Origin: a virus
Direction: 5' to 3' (one strand)
DNA length: 64,000 nucleotides
Virus record (IMG/VR): IMGVR_UViG_3300044994_000386
Location: 1-64,000 of that record
The position numbers and the translations under genes are program-made. Under the pieces are notes generated by a model that was not told the origin of the DNA, did no database searches, and was given only the letters and a program-made list of their open reading frames with translations. Shown piece by piece: positions 1-9,724 of this stretch (position 1 is the stretch's first letter; every line of letters starts with the position of its first letter).

Positions 1-66
1 TATACCATATTCCCGGCAAATTTGGTCAATTTGATTAAATTTAGAAGATTCTAGTAAATATTTCAT
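1..66 (-). CDS. LRR-array paralog, N-terminal part only (runs off left edge)
   Basis: ATG at 66 gives MKYLLESSKFNQIDQICREYGI, the same N-cap as the other array members. Confidence 0.85.
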   Translation of the reverse strand, partial: MKYLLESSKFNQIDQICREYGI

Positions 67-96
67 AAACGTATATATTAATTTTTAGAGTATATA

Positions 97-1245
97 TTAG
101 ATATCCCCCATCATTTCCCCGAATCTAAACTCATCTAGGGTTCCGTTTTTTCTCCAAATTGAATAATCTTCTTGATTTTTAATAATTTCGTTAATCTTAG
201 CAATATTATCTAAAATTAGTTGGGGGAGTGGATTATTATGACAGTCGAAATCACCACCCACTTCTCTTGGAGCTCCCATAAGTGAAGTTAATTGACTATT
301 ACTACAATAGAAATTACCACCGACATATCTCGGGGCTCCTTCTAATGAAGTTAATAGATTATTGGAACAGGAGAAATCACCACCGACTTCCCCAGGAGCT
401 CCCTCCAGTGAAGTTAATTGATTATATTGACAGTAGAAATCACCGGGCACTTCTCTCGGAGCCTCCTCCAGTGAAGTTAATTGATTGTTGTCACAGTAAA
501 AATTGGCACCGACTTCTCTAGGAGCTCCCTCTAGTGAAGTTAATTGATTATTATGACAGGAGAAATCACCGGGGACTTCCCTCGGAGCTCCCTCCAGTGT
601 AGTTAATTTATTATAATGACAGTAGAAATTGCCGCCGACTTCCCTCGGAGCTCCCTCTAGTGAAGTTAATTGATTATTATAGCAATAGAAATTATCACCG
701 ACTTCCCTCGGAGATCCCTCTAATGAAGTTAGTTGATTACCACTACAGGAAAAATCACCACCGACTTCCCTCGGAGCTCCCCACAATGAAGTTAATTGAT
801 TATAACGACAGTAAAAACTACCACCAATTTCTATCGGAGATCCCCTTAATGATGTTAATTGATTATCATCACAGTAGAAATGACCATTAACTTCTCTCGG
901 AGCCCCCATCAGTGAAGTTAATTGATTATCACTGCATTCGAAAACACCACCGACTTCCCCCGGAGCCCCCTCCAGTGAAATCAATTGATTGCTACCACAA
1001 TTGAAATCACCACCAACTTTCCACGGAGCCCCCTCCAATGAATTTAATTGATTGCGATGACAGTAGAAATTGCCACTTACTATACCAAACCTAAGGGGTA
1101 ATTTTGATAATCCCCTATCACTTAAATCTACATCACCATCTACATCAATAGATCCATCCCCATTTAGAGTATAGTCCCTTATACCATATTGCTGGCAAAT
1201 CTGATCGATTTTTTTAAATATCGAGGATTCTAGTAGGTATTTCAT
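97..1245 (-). CDS. LRR protein, 13 variable modules
   Basis: 382 aa; N-cap MKYLLESS..DGSIDVDGDVDL, 21-aa repeats, C-cap NPLP..EDYSIWR..DEFRF. Confidence 0.9.
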   Translation of the reverse strand: MKYLLESSIFKKIDQICQQYGIRDYTLNGDGSIDVDGDVDLSDRGLSKLPLRFGIVSGNFYCHRNQLNSLEGAPWKVGGDFNCGSNQLISLEGAPGEVGGVFECSDNQLTSLMGAPREVNGHFYCDDNQLTSLRGSPIEIGGSFYCRYNQLTSLWGAPREVGGDFSCSGNQLTSLEGSPREVGDNFYCYNNQLTSLEGAPREVGGNFYCHYNKLTTLEGAPREVPGDFSCHNNQLTSLEGAPREVGANFYCDNNQLTSLEEAPREVPGDFYCQYNQLTSLEGAPGEVGGDFSCSNNLLTSLEGAPRYVGGNFYCSNSQLTSLMGAPREVGGDFDCHNNPLPQLILDNIAKINEIIKNQEDYSIWRKNGTLDEFRFGEMMGDI

Positions 1246-1256
1246 TAAGTTATATA

Positions 1257-1901
1257 TTAAATATCCCGCATCATTTCCCTAAATCTAAACTCATCTATGG
1301 TTCCGTCCCTTCTCCAGATTGAATAATCTTCTTGATTTTTAATAATTTCCTTAATCTTAGCCATATTATCTAAAATTAGTTTAGGTAGTGGATTATTACT
1401 ACAGTAGAAGCCACCGCCCAATTTTCTCGGAGCTCCTACTAGTGAAGTTAATTGATTACCATAGCAGTAGAAATTGACACCGACTTCCTCCGGAGCTCCC
1501 CGGAGGGAGGTTAATCGATTATTACTACAGTGAAAATTGGCACCCACTTCTCTCGGAGCTCCCACCAGTGAAGTTAATTTATTATTATGACAATAGAAAT
1601 CACCACCCACTTCTTCCGGAGATCCTTCTAATGAAATTAATTGGTTACAATAACAATAGAAATTACCACCTACTTTTTTAGGAGCTCCTTTTAGTGTGTT
1701 CAATTTGTTATGACTACAATAGAATCCACCACTTACTATACCGAACTCCAACGGTAATTCTAATAATTCCCTATCAGTTAAATTTACATCTCCATCTACA
1801 TCAATAGATCCATCCCCATTTACAGTATATTTTTTTATATCAAATTTCTTGCAAATCCGGTCAATTTGGTTAAATTTGGAGGATTCTAGTAAATATTTCA
1901 T
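1257..1901 (-). CDS. LRR protein, 5 modules
   Basis: 214 aa, same caps and repeat. Confidence 0.9.
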   Translation of the reverse strand: MKYLLESSKFNQIDRICKKFDIKKYTVNGDGSIDVDGDVNLTDRELLELPLEFGIVSGGFYCSHNKLNTLKGAPKKVGGNFYCYCNQLISLEGSPEEVGGDFYCHNNKLTSLVGAPREVGANFHCSNNRLTSLRGAPEEVGVNFYCYGNQLTSLVGAPRKLGGGFYCSNNPLPKLILDNMAKIKEIIKNQEDYSIWRRDGTIDEFRFREMMRDI

Positions 1902-1925
1902 AAAGGTATAATTTTAGAGTATATA

Positions 1926-3011
1926 TTAAATCTCCCGCATCATTTCCCTAAATCTAAATTCGTCTAGGGTTCCATCCCTTCTCCAGATTGAATAATCTTC
2001 TTGATTTTTAATAATTTCCTTAATCTTAGACATATTATCTAAAATTAGTTTAGGAAGGGGATTATTATGACAATAAAAACTGCCACCGATTTCTCTAGGA
2101 GCACCCTTTAATGAAGTTAATTGATTATCATTACAATAGAAGTCATAAGTGACTTCTATTGGAGCTCCCACCAATGAAGTTAGTTGATTATTATCACAGT
2201 AAAAACTACCACCGATTTCTCTCGGAGCTCCCTCTAGTGAAGTTAATTGATTATTATCACAGTGGAAACTTTCACCGACTTCCATCGGAGCTCCTTCTAA
2301 TGAATTTAATTCATTATTACTACATTCGAAAACACCATTTACTTCTCTCAGAGCTCCCATCAGTGAAGTTAATTTATTAAAATTGCAGTAGAAACTGGCA
2401 CCTACTTGTTTTGGTGCCCCTTTTAGCGTGATCAATTGATTATTTTGACAGTAGAAACTGACACCGACTTGCATCGGACCTCCCTCTAATGAAGTTAATT
2501 GATTATTACTACATACGAAATCACCACCGACTTGCATCGGACCTCCCTCTAATGAAGTTAATCGATTATCACTACAGTAGAAATGACCATTAACTTCTCT
2601 CGGAGCTCCCATCAGTGAAGTTAATTGATTATTACTACATACGAAAACACCACCGACTTCCCCCGGACCTCCTTCTAATGAAGTTAATCGATTATTACGG
2701 CAGTAGAAATTGGCACCTACTTGCCTTGGGGCTCCTTTTAGCGTGTTCAATTGATTATTTTGACAGTAGAAACTGATACCGACTTCCCTCGGAGCTCCCT
2801 CTAACGAAGTTAATTGATTATTACCACAGTAAAAATCACCACTTACTATACCAAACCTAAGGGGTAATTTTGATAATCCCCTATTATTTAAATACACATC
2901 ACCATCTACATTTATAGACCCATCAGTATTTAGAGTATAGTCCGTTATACCATATTGCTGACAAATCTGATCAATTTCGTTAAATTTAGAGGATTCTAGT
3001 AGGTATTTCAT
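1926..3011 (-). CDS. LRR protein, 12 modules
   Basis: 361 aa, same caps and repeat. Confidence 0.9.
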   Translation of the reverse strand: MKYLLESSKFNEIDQICQQYGITDYTLNTDGSINVDGDVYLNNRGLSKLPLRFGIVSGDFYCGNNQLTSLEGAPREVGISFYCQNNQLNTLKGAPRQVGANFYCRNNRLTSLEGGPGEVGGVFVCSNNQLTSLMGAPREVNGHFYCSDNRLTSLEGGPMQVGGDFVCSNNQLTSLEGGPMQVGVSFYCQNNQLITLKGAPKQVGASFYCNFNKLTSLMGALREVNGVFECSNNELNSLEGAPMEVGESFHCDNNQLTSLEGAPREIGGSFYCDNNQLTSLVGAPIEVTYDFYCNDNQLTSLKGAPREIGGSFYCHNNPLPKLILDNMSKIKEIIKNQEDYSIWRRDGTLDEFRFREMMREI

Positions 3012-3035
3012 TTAAATATAATTTTAGAGTATATA

Positions 3036-3554
3036 TTAAATCTCCCGCATCATTTCCCAAAATCTAAATTCATCTAAGGTTCCATCCCTTCTCCAGATTG
3101 AATAATCTTCTTGATTTTTAATAATTTCCTCAATTATACCTAAATTATCTAAAATTAGTTGCGGTAGTGGATTATTACTACAATAGAAGCCACCACCCAA
3201 TTTTCTCGGAGCTCCTACCAGTGAAGTTAATTGATTACCATAGCAGTAGAAATTGACACCGACTTCCTCCGGAGCTCCCCGGAGGGAGGTTAATCGATTA
3301 TTACTACAGTAGAAATTGGCACCCACTTCTCTCGGAGCTCCCCGGAGGGAAGTTAATTGATTATTATGACAATAAAAATCAACAATTACTATACCGAACT
3401 TAAGGGGCAATTTTGATAGTCCTCTGTTGGTTAAATCCACATCACCATCTACATCGATAGATCCATCCCCATTTAGAGTATAGTTTTCTATACCATATTG
3501 CTGGCAAATCTGATGAATTTCGTTAAATTTAGAGGATTCTAGTAAATATTTCAT
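3036..3554 (-). CDS. LRR protein, 3 modules
   Basis: 172 aa, same caps and repeat. Confidence 0.9.
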   Translation of the reverse strand: MKYLLESSKFNEIHQICQQYGIENYTLNGDGSIDVDGDVDLTNRGLSKLPLKFGIVIVDFYCHNNQLTSLRGAPREVGANFYCSNNRLTSLRGAPEEVGVNFYCYGNQLTSLVGAPRKLGGGFYCSNNPLPQLILDNLGIIEEIIKNQEDYSIWRRDGTLDEFRFWEMMREI

Positions 3555-3579
3555 TTACATATTAAATTTAGAGTATATA

Positions 3580-4054
3580 TTAAATATCCTGCATCATTTC
3601 CCTAAATCTAAATTCATCTAAGGTTCCATCCATTCTCCAGATTGAATAATCTTCTTGATGATTTCCTGAATTATACCTAAATTATCTAAAATTAGTTGCG
3701 GCAGTGGATTATTAATACAGTAGAAGCCACCGCCCAATTTTCTTGGAGCTCCTAACAGTGAAGTTAATTGATTGTAATATCAGTAGAAATTGACACCGAC
3801 TTCCTCCGGAGCTCCCTCTAGTGAAGTTAGTTGATTATCTTGGCAATAGAAATTACCACTTACCATACCAAACTTAAGGGACAATTTCGATAATCCCCTA
3901 TTATATAAATCTACATCACCACTCACATCTATAGATCCGTCAGGATTTAGAGTATACTTTTTTATACCAGTTTTCCAGTTCAATCTCAGTTTCTATTTCC
4001 GGCAAATCTGATCGATTTTTTTTTAAATATCGAGTATTCTAGTATGTATTTCAT
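3580..4054 (-). pseudogene. Degraded LRR paralog
   Basis: Starts MKYILEYSIF; A9 run (A7 in the 97..1245 copy) shifts frame; short foreign insert near 3968-4000; TGA at 3780-3782; deletion in C-cap. Confidence 0.85.
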
Positions 4055-4065
4055 TAGTGTATATA

Positions 4066-5088
4066 TTAAAATTCCGACATCATTTCCCGGAATCTAAATT
4101 CGTCTATGGTTCCATCCCTTCTCCAGATTGAATAATCTTCTTGATTCTTGATGATATATTTAATCACATATAGATTATCTAAAATTAATTTAGGTAGTGG
4201 ATTATTATAGCAGTAGAAATTACCACCCACTTCTGTTGGGGCACCACACAATGAGGTTAATTTATTATAAGTGCAAAAGAAATCACCACCGACTTCTCTA
4301 GGAGCTCCCTCTAATGAAGTTAATTTATTACGATTACAGTAGAAATCACCACCCACTTCTCTCGGAGCTCCCTGGAGTGAAGTTAATTTATTATTACTAC
4401 ATTCAAAGGTGGCACCTACTTTTTCAGGAGCTCCCTCCAGCGAAATTAATTGATTATCATTACAGAGGAAATCAGCACCCACTTCTCTCGGAGCTCCGTC
4501 CAGTGAAGTTAATTGATTATAATAACAGTAGAAATCACCACCCACTTCTCTCGGAGCTCCCTGGAGTGAAGTTAATTTATTATAACTACAGTAGAAATCA
4601 CCGGGGACTTCTCTCGGAGCACCCTCCAATGAAGTTAGTTGATTATTATCACAGTAAAAACTACCACCGACTTCTCTCGGAGCTCCCCGGAGGGAAGTTA
4701 ATTGATTATAAATACAGGAGAAATTATCACCCACTTCCCGAGGAGCTCCCTCCAGTGAAATTAATTGATTATTATAACAGTAGAAATTGGCACCGACTTC
4801 CCTCGGAGCTCCCCGGAGGGAAGTTAATTGGTTATTACCACAGTAGAAATTGGCACCCACTTCCATCGGACTTCCCTCCAGTGAAGTTAATTGATTATTA
4901 TAGCAATAAAAGCTGCCACTTACTATACCAAATCTAACCGGTAATTCTGATAGACTTTTGTAGGCTAAATCTACATCACCATCCACATCGATGGATCCAT
5001 CCCCATTTAGAGTATAGTTTTTTATACCATATTGCTGGCAAATCTGATCAATTTCGTTAAATTTAGAGGATTCTAGTAGGTATTTCAT
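4066..5088 (-). CDS. LRR protein, 11 modules
   Basis: 340 aa, same caps and repeat. Confidence 0.9.
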   Translation of the reverse strand: MKYLLESSKFNEIDQICQQYGIKNYTLNGDGSIDVDGDVDLAYKSLSELPVRFGIVSGSFYCYNNQLTSLEGSPMEVGANFYCGNNQLTSLRGAPREVGANFYCYNNQLISLEGAPREVGDNFSCIYNQLTSLRGAPREVGGSFYCDNNQLTSLEGAPREVPGDFYCSYNKLTSLQGAPREVGGDFYCYYNQLTSLDGAPREVGADFLCNDNQLISLEGAPEKVGATFECSNNKLTSLQGAPREVGGDFYCNRNKLTSLEGAPREVGGDFFCTYNKLTSLCGAPTEVGGNFYCYNNPLPKLILDNLYVIKYIIKNQEDYSIWRRDGTIDEFRFREMMSEF

Positions 5089-5112
5089 TTAAGTATAATT
5101 TTAGAGTATATA

Positions 5113-5883
5113 TTAAATTTCCCGCATCATTTCCCTAAATCTAAACTTATCTAGTGTTCCATCCCTTCTCCAGATTGAATAATCTTCTTGATTTTTGATA
5201 ATTTCCTCAATTATACCTAAATTATATAAAATTAGTTGCGGCAGTGGATTATTACTACAGTAGAAGCCACCACCCAATTTTCTCGGAGCTCCCCTCAATG
5301 AAGTTAATTGATTACCATAGCAGTAGAAATTGGCACCGACTTTCTCCGGAGCTCCCCGGAGGGAGGTTAATCGATTATTACTACAGTAGAAATTGGCACC
5401 CACTTCTCTCGGAGCTCCATCTAATGAAGTTAGTTGATTATTATAGCAATAGAAACTACCACCAACTTCCTTCGGAGCTCCCTCTAATGAAGTTAGCCGA
5501 TTATATTCACAATAGAAGCTACCACCGACTTCTACCGGAGCTCCATCTAATGAAGTTAGTTGATTATTATAACAGTAGAAATCACCGGGTACTTCTCTCG
5601 GAGCCCCTTTTAATGAAGTTAATTGGTTATTATAACAGTGGAAATTGGCACCGACTTCACTCGGAGCTCCCCGGAGGGAAATTAATCGATTATTATGACA
5701 ATAAAAATCACCACTTACTATACCGAACTTAAGGGGTAATTCTGATAATCCCCTATTGATTAAATCCACATCACCATCCACATCAATAGATCCATCTCCA
5801 TTTAGAGTATAGTTTTCTATGTCATATTGCTGACAAATCCGATCAATTTGGTTAAATTTGGAGGATTCTAGTAAATATTTCAT
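5113..5883 (-). CDS. LRR protein, 7 modules
   Basis: 256 aa, same caps and repeat. Confidence 0.9.
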   Translation of the reverse strand: MKYLLESSKFNQIDRICQQYDIENYTLNGDGSIDVDGDVDLINRGLSELPLKFGIVSGDFYCHNNRLISLRGAPSEVGANFHCYNNQLTSLKGAPREVPGDFYCYNNQLTSLDGAPVEVGGSFYCEYNRLTSLEGAPKEVGGSFYCYNNQLTSLDGAPREVGANFYCSNNRLTSLRGAPEKVGANFYCYGNQLTSLRGAPRKLGGGFYCSNNPLPQLILYNLGIIEEIIKNQEDYSIWRRDGTLDKFRFREMMREI

Positions 5884-5908
5884 TTACATATTAAATTTAG
5901 AGTATATA

Positions 5909-6805
5909 TTAAATCTCCCGCATCATTTCCCAAAATCTAAACTCATCTAAGGTTCCATCCCTTCTCCAGATTGAATAATCTTCTTGATACTTGATGATAT
6001 GTTTAATAATATCTAGATTATCTAAAATTAGTTGGGGGAGTGGATTATTAAAACAGTAGAAATCACCACCGATTTCTCTCGGAGCTCCCTCCAGTGAAGT
6101 TAATTGATTATTACTACATACGAAAACACCACCGACTTGCATCGGACCTCCCTCTAATGAAGTTAATTGATTACTACTGCAGTGGAAATTAGCACCTACT
6201 TCTCTTGGGGCTCCTTCCAGTGAAGTTAATTGATTACCATAGCAGTAGAAATTGGCACCGACTTTCTCCGGAGCTCCCCGGAGGGAAGTTAATTGATTAT
6301 TATGGCAGTAGAAATTGGCACCGACTTCTCTCGGACCCCCTTCTAATGAAGTTAAATAATTATTATAGCAATAGAAACTACCACCAACTTCCTTCGGAGC
6401 TACCTCTAATGAAGTTAGCCGATTATATTCACAATAGAAGCTACCACTGACTTCTACCGGAGCTCCCTCTAATGAAGTTAGTTGATTATTATAACAATAG
6501 AAACTACCACCAACTTCCTTCGGAGCCCCTTTTAATGAAGTTAGTTTATTATTGTTGCAGTAGAAATCACCGCGGACTTCTCTCTGAGCTCCCCGGAGGG
6601 AAGTTAATCGATTATTATGACAATAAAAGCTGCCACTTACTATACCAAACTTAAGGGGTAATTCTGATAATCCCATATTGATTAAATCCACATCACCATC
6701 TACATCAATAGACCCATCTCCATTTAGAGTATATTTTTCTATACCATATTGCTGGCAAATCTGATCAATTTGATTAAATTTAGAGGATTCTAGTAGGTAT
6801 TTCAT
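5909..6805 (-). CDS. LRR protein, 9 modules
   Basis: 298 aa, same caps and repeat. Confidence 0.9.
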   Translation of the reverse strand: MKYLLESSKFNQIDQICQQYGIEKYTLNGDGSIDVDGDVDLINMGLSELPLKFGIVSGSFYCHNNRLTSLRGAQREVRGDFYCNNNKLTSLKGAPKEVGGSFYCYNNQLTSLEGAPVEVSGSFYCEYNRLTSLEVAPKEVGGSFYCYNNYLTSLEGGPREVGANFYCHNNQLTSLRGAPEKVGANFYCYGNQLTSLEGAPREVGANFHCSSNQLTSLEGGPMQVGGVFVCSNNQLTSLEGAPREIGGDFYCFNNPLPQLILDNLDIIKHIIKYQEDYSIWRRDGTLDEFRFWEMMREI

Positions 6806-6829
6806 TTAAGTATAATTTTAGACTATATA

Positions 6830-7915
6830 TTAAATATCCCTCATCAATTCACTAAATCTAAATTCATCTAAGGTTCCGTCCCTTCTCCAAATTGAATAAT
6901 CTTCTTGATACTTGATAATTTCCTTAATCTTAGACATATTATCTAAAATTAATCGGGGGAGTGGATTATTAAAACAGTAGAAATCACCACCGATTTCTCT
7001 CGGAGCTCCCTCCAGTGAAGTTAATTGATTATTACTACATACGAAAACACCACCGACTTGCATTGGACCTCCCTCTAATGAAGTTAATTGATTATTATAA
7101 CAGTAGAAATTGGCACCGACTTCTATCGGAGACCCTTCTAATGAAGTTAATTTATTATCATTACAGTATAAATCACTACCGATTTCCCTCGGGGCTCCCC
7201 TCAATGAAGTTAATTGATTATTACCACAGTAAAAATTACCACCCACTTTTTTCGGAGCTCCATCTAATGAAGTTAATTGATTATTATAGCAATAGAAACT
7301 ACCACCAACTTCCTTCGGAGCTCCCTCTAATAAAGTTAGCTGATTATATTCACAATAGAAGCTACCACCGACTTCTACCGGAGCTCCATCTAATGAAGTT
7401 AGTTGATTATTATAACAGTAGAAATCACCGGGCACTTCTCTCGGGGCCCCTTTTAATGAAGTTAATTGGTTATTATAACAGTGGAAATTGGCACCGACTT
7501 CACTCGGAGCTCCCTCCAATGAAGTTAGCTGATTATATTCACAATAGAAGCTACCACCGACTTCTACCGGAGCTCCATCTAATGAAGTTAGTTGATTATT
7601 ATAACAATATAAACCACCACCAACTTCCTTCGGAGCCCCTTTTAATGAGCTTAATTGGTTATTATAACAGTGGAAATTGGCACCGACTTCACTCGGAGCT
7701 CCCCGGAGGGAAGTTAATCGATTATTATGACAATAAAAGTTGCCACTTACTATACCAAATCTAAGGGGTAATTCTGATAGACTTTTGTAGGCTAAATCTA
7801 CATCACCATCCACATCGATAGATCCATCCCCATTTAAAGTATAGTCCCTTATACCATATTGCTGGCAAATCTGATCAATTTCCTTAAATTTGGAAGATTC
7901 TAGTAAGTATTTCAT
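6830..7915 (-). CDS. LRR protein, 12 modules (start corrected to MKYLLESS)
   Basis: 361 aa from ATG at 7915; the 12-aa extension in the ORF track overlaps the upstream cassette. Confidence 0.9.
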   Translation of the reverse strand: MKYLLESSKFKEIDQICQQYGIRDYTLNGDGSIDVDGDVDLAYKSLSELPLRFGIVSGNFYCHNNRLTSLRGAPSEVGANFHCYNNQLSSLKGAPKEVGGGLYCYNNQLTSLDGAPVEVGGSFYCEYNQLTSLEGAPSEVGANFHCYNNQLTSLKGAPREVPGDFYCYNNQLTSLDGAPVEVGGSFYCEYNQLTLLEGAPKEVGGSFYCYNNQLTSLDGAPKKVGGNFYCGNNQLTSLRGAPREIGSDLYCNDNKLTSLEGSPIEVGANFYCYNNQLTSLEGGPMQVGGVFVCSNNQLTSLEGAPREIGGDFYCFNNPLPRLILDNMSKIKEIIKYQEDYSIWRRDGTLDEFRFSELMRDI

Positions 7916-7926
7916 TAGTGTATATA

Positions 7927-8040
7927 TTAAATATCCCGCATCATTTCCCAAAATCTAAACTCATCTAGGGTTCCATCCCTTCTCCAGATTGAATAATCTT
8001 CAATTTGGTTAAATTTGGAGGATTTTATTAGATGTTTCAT
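7927..8040 (-). CDS. Cap-only mini-paralog (37 aa) with no LRR modules
   Basis: Manual translation MKHLIKSSKFNQI-EDYSIWRRDGTLDEFRFWEMMRDI*, an in-frame fusion of N-cap start and C-cap end. Confidence 0.7.
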   Translation of the reverse strand: MKHLIKSSKFNQIEDYSIWRRDGTLDEFRFWEMMRDI

Positions 8041-8069
8041 TAGGATATATATTAAATTTAGAGTATATA

Positions 8070-8714
8070 TTAAATATCCCGCATCAATTCACTAAATCTA
8101 AATTCATCTAGTGTTCCATCTTTTCTCCAGATTGAATAGTCTTTTTGATACTTGATAATATGTTTAATCATATCCATATTATCTAAAATTAATCGGGGGA
8201 GTGGATTAATATAGCAACGGAAATCACCACCGACTTCTCGCGGAGCTCCACGTAATGAAGTTAATTGATTATCAATACAGTTGAAATCACCACCTACTTT
8301 TCGCGGAGCTCCCTCCAATGATGTTAATTGATTATAATAACAGTAGAAACTAGTACCTACTTCCCTTGGAGCTCCTGATAATGAAATCAATTGATTATTA
8401 TTGCAGTAGAAACCGGCACCCACTTCCCTTGGAGCTCCTTCTAGATTAGTCAATTGATTACCATAGCAGTAGAAATTACCACCTACTTCTATAGGAGCTC
8501 CCTTCAGTGTAGTTAATTGATTACGATGACAGTAGAAATTAGCACTTACTATACCAAACTTAAGTGGTAATTCTGATAGACCTTGATAAGACAAATCCAC
8601 ATCACCATCTACATCAATAGATCCATCCCCATTTACAGTATATTTTTTTATATCAAATTTCTTGCAAATCTGATCAATTTGGTTAAATTTAGAGGATTCT
8701 AGTAGGTATTTCAT
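8070..8714 (-). CDS. LRR protein, 5 modules
   Basis: 214 aa, same caps and repeat. Confidence 0.9.
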   Translation of the reverse strand: MKYLLESSKFNQIDQICKKFDIKKYTVNGDGSIDVDGDVDLSYQGLSELPLKFGIVSANFYCHRNQLTTLKGAPIEVGGNFYCYGNQLTNLEGAPREVGAGFYCNNNQLISLSGAPREVGTSFYCYYNQLTSLEGAPRKVGGDFNCIDNQLTSLRGAPREVGGDFRCYINPLPRLILDNMDMIKHIIKYQKDYSIWRKDGTLDEFRFSELMRDI

Positions 8715-8739
8715 TTACATATTAAATTTAGAGTATATA

Positions 8740-9699
8740 TTAAATATCCTGCATCATTTCCCTAAATCTAAACTCATCTAGGGTTCCATCACTTCTCCAG
8801 ATTGAATAATCTTCTTGATTCTTAATGATGTGTTTAATCATAGTCAAATTATCAAAAATTAGTTCAGGAAGTGGATTACCATAGCAGTAGAAGTCACCAC
8901 CAACTTCTCTCGGAGCACCCTTTAATGAAGTTAATTGATTATCATTACAATAGAAGTCATAAGTGACTTCTATTGGAGCTCCCTCTAATGAAGTTAGTTG
9001 ATTATTATTACAGTAAAAACTACCACCGATTTCTCTCGGAGCACCCTCCAATGAAGTTAGCTGATTATTATCACAGTAAAAACTAACACCGATTTCTTTC
9101 GGAGCTCCCCGCAATGAAGTTAGTTGATTATTACTGCAGTGGAAATTGTCACCCACTTCTCTCGGAGCTCCCTCTAGTGAAGTTAATTGATTACTACTAC
9201 AGTGGAAATTACCACCTACTTCTCTTGGGTCTCCTTCCAGTGAAGTTAATTGATTATCATAACAGTAGAAATCGGTACCGACTTCTCTTGGTGATCCCTT
9301 TAATGAAAATAATTGATTACTAATACAAGAGAAACCACCACCCACTTCTTTTGGAGCTCCCTGCAGTGAAGTTAATTTGTTATTACTACAGTAGAAATCA
9401 CCACCCACTTCTTCCGGAGATCCTTCTAATGAAATTAATTGGTTACAATAACAATAGAAATTACCACCTACTTTTTTAGGAGCTCCTTTTAGTGTGGTCA
9501 ATTTGTTATGACTACAATAGAATCCACCACTTACTATACAGAACTCCAACGGTAATTCTAATAATTCCCTATCAGTTAAATTTACATCACCATCTACATC
9601 AATAGATCCATCCACATTTAGAGTATATTTTTCTATACCATATTGCTGGCAAATCTGATGAATTTTGTTAAATTTAGAGGATTCTAGTAAATATTTCAT
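8740..9699 (-). CDS. LRR protein, 10 modules
   Basis: 319 aa, same caps and repeat. Confidence 0.9.
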   Translation of the reverse strand: MKYLLESSKFNKIHQICQQYGIEKYTLNVDGSIDVDGDVNLTDRELLELPLEFCIVSGGFYCSHNKLTTLKGAPKKVGGNFYCYCNQLISLEGSPEEVGGDFYCSNNKLTSLQGAPKEVGGGFSCISNQLFSLKGSPREVGTDFYCYDNQLTSLEGDPREVGGNFHCSSNQLTSLEGAPREVGDNFHCSNNQLTSLRGAPKEIGVSFYCDNNQLTSLEGAPREIGGSFYCNNNQLTSLEGAPIEVTYDFYCNDNQLTSLKGAPREVGGDFYCYGNPLPELIFDNLTMIKHIIKNQEDYSIWRSDGTLDEFRFREMMQDI

Positions 9700-9724
9700 T
9701 TACATATTAAATTTAGAGTATATA

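Noticed and set aside
282-9323. Plus-strand ORFs (MKLIDYY.. repeats) inside the LRR array
   Set aside because: Antisense shadows of the 63-bp repeat, with variable starts and stops and no conserved caps or promoters.
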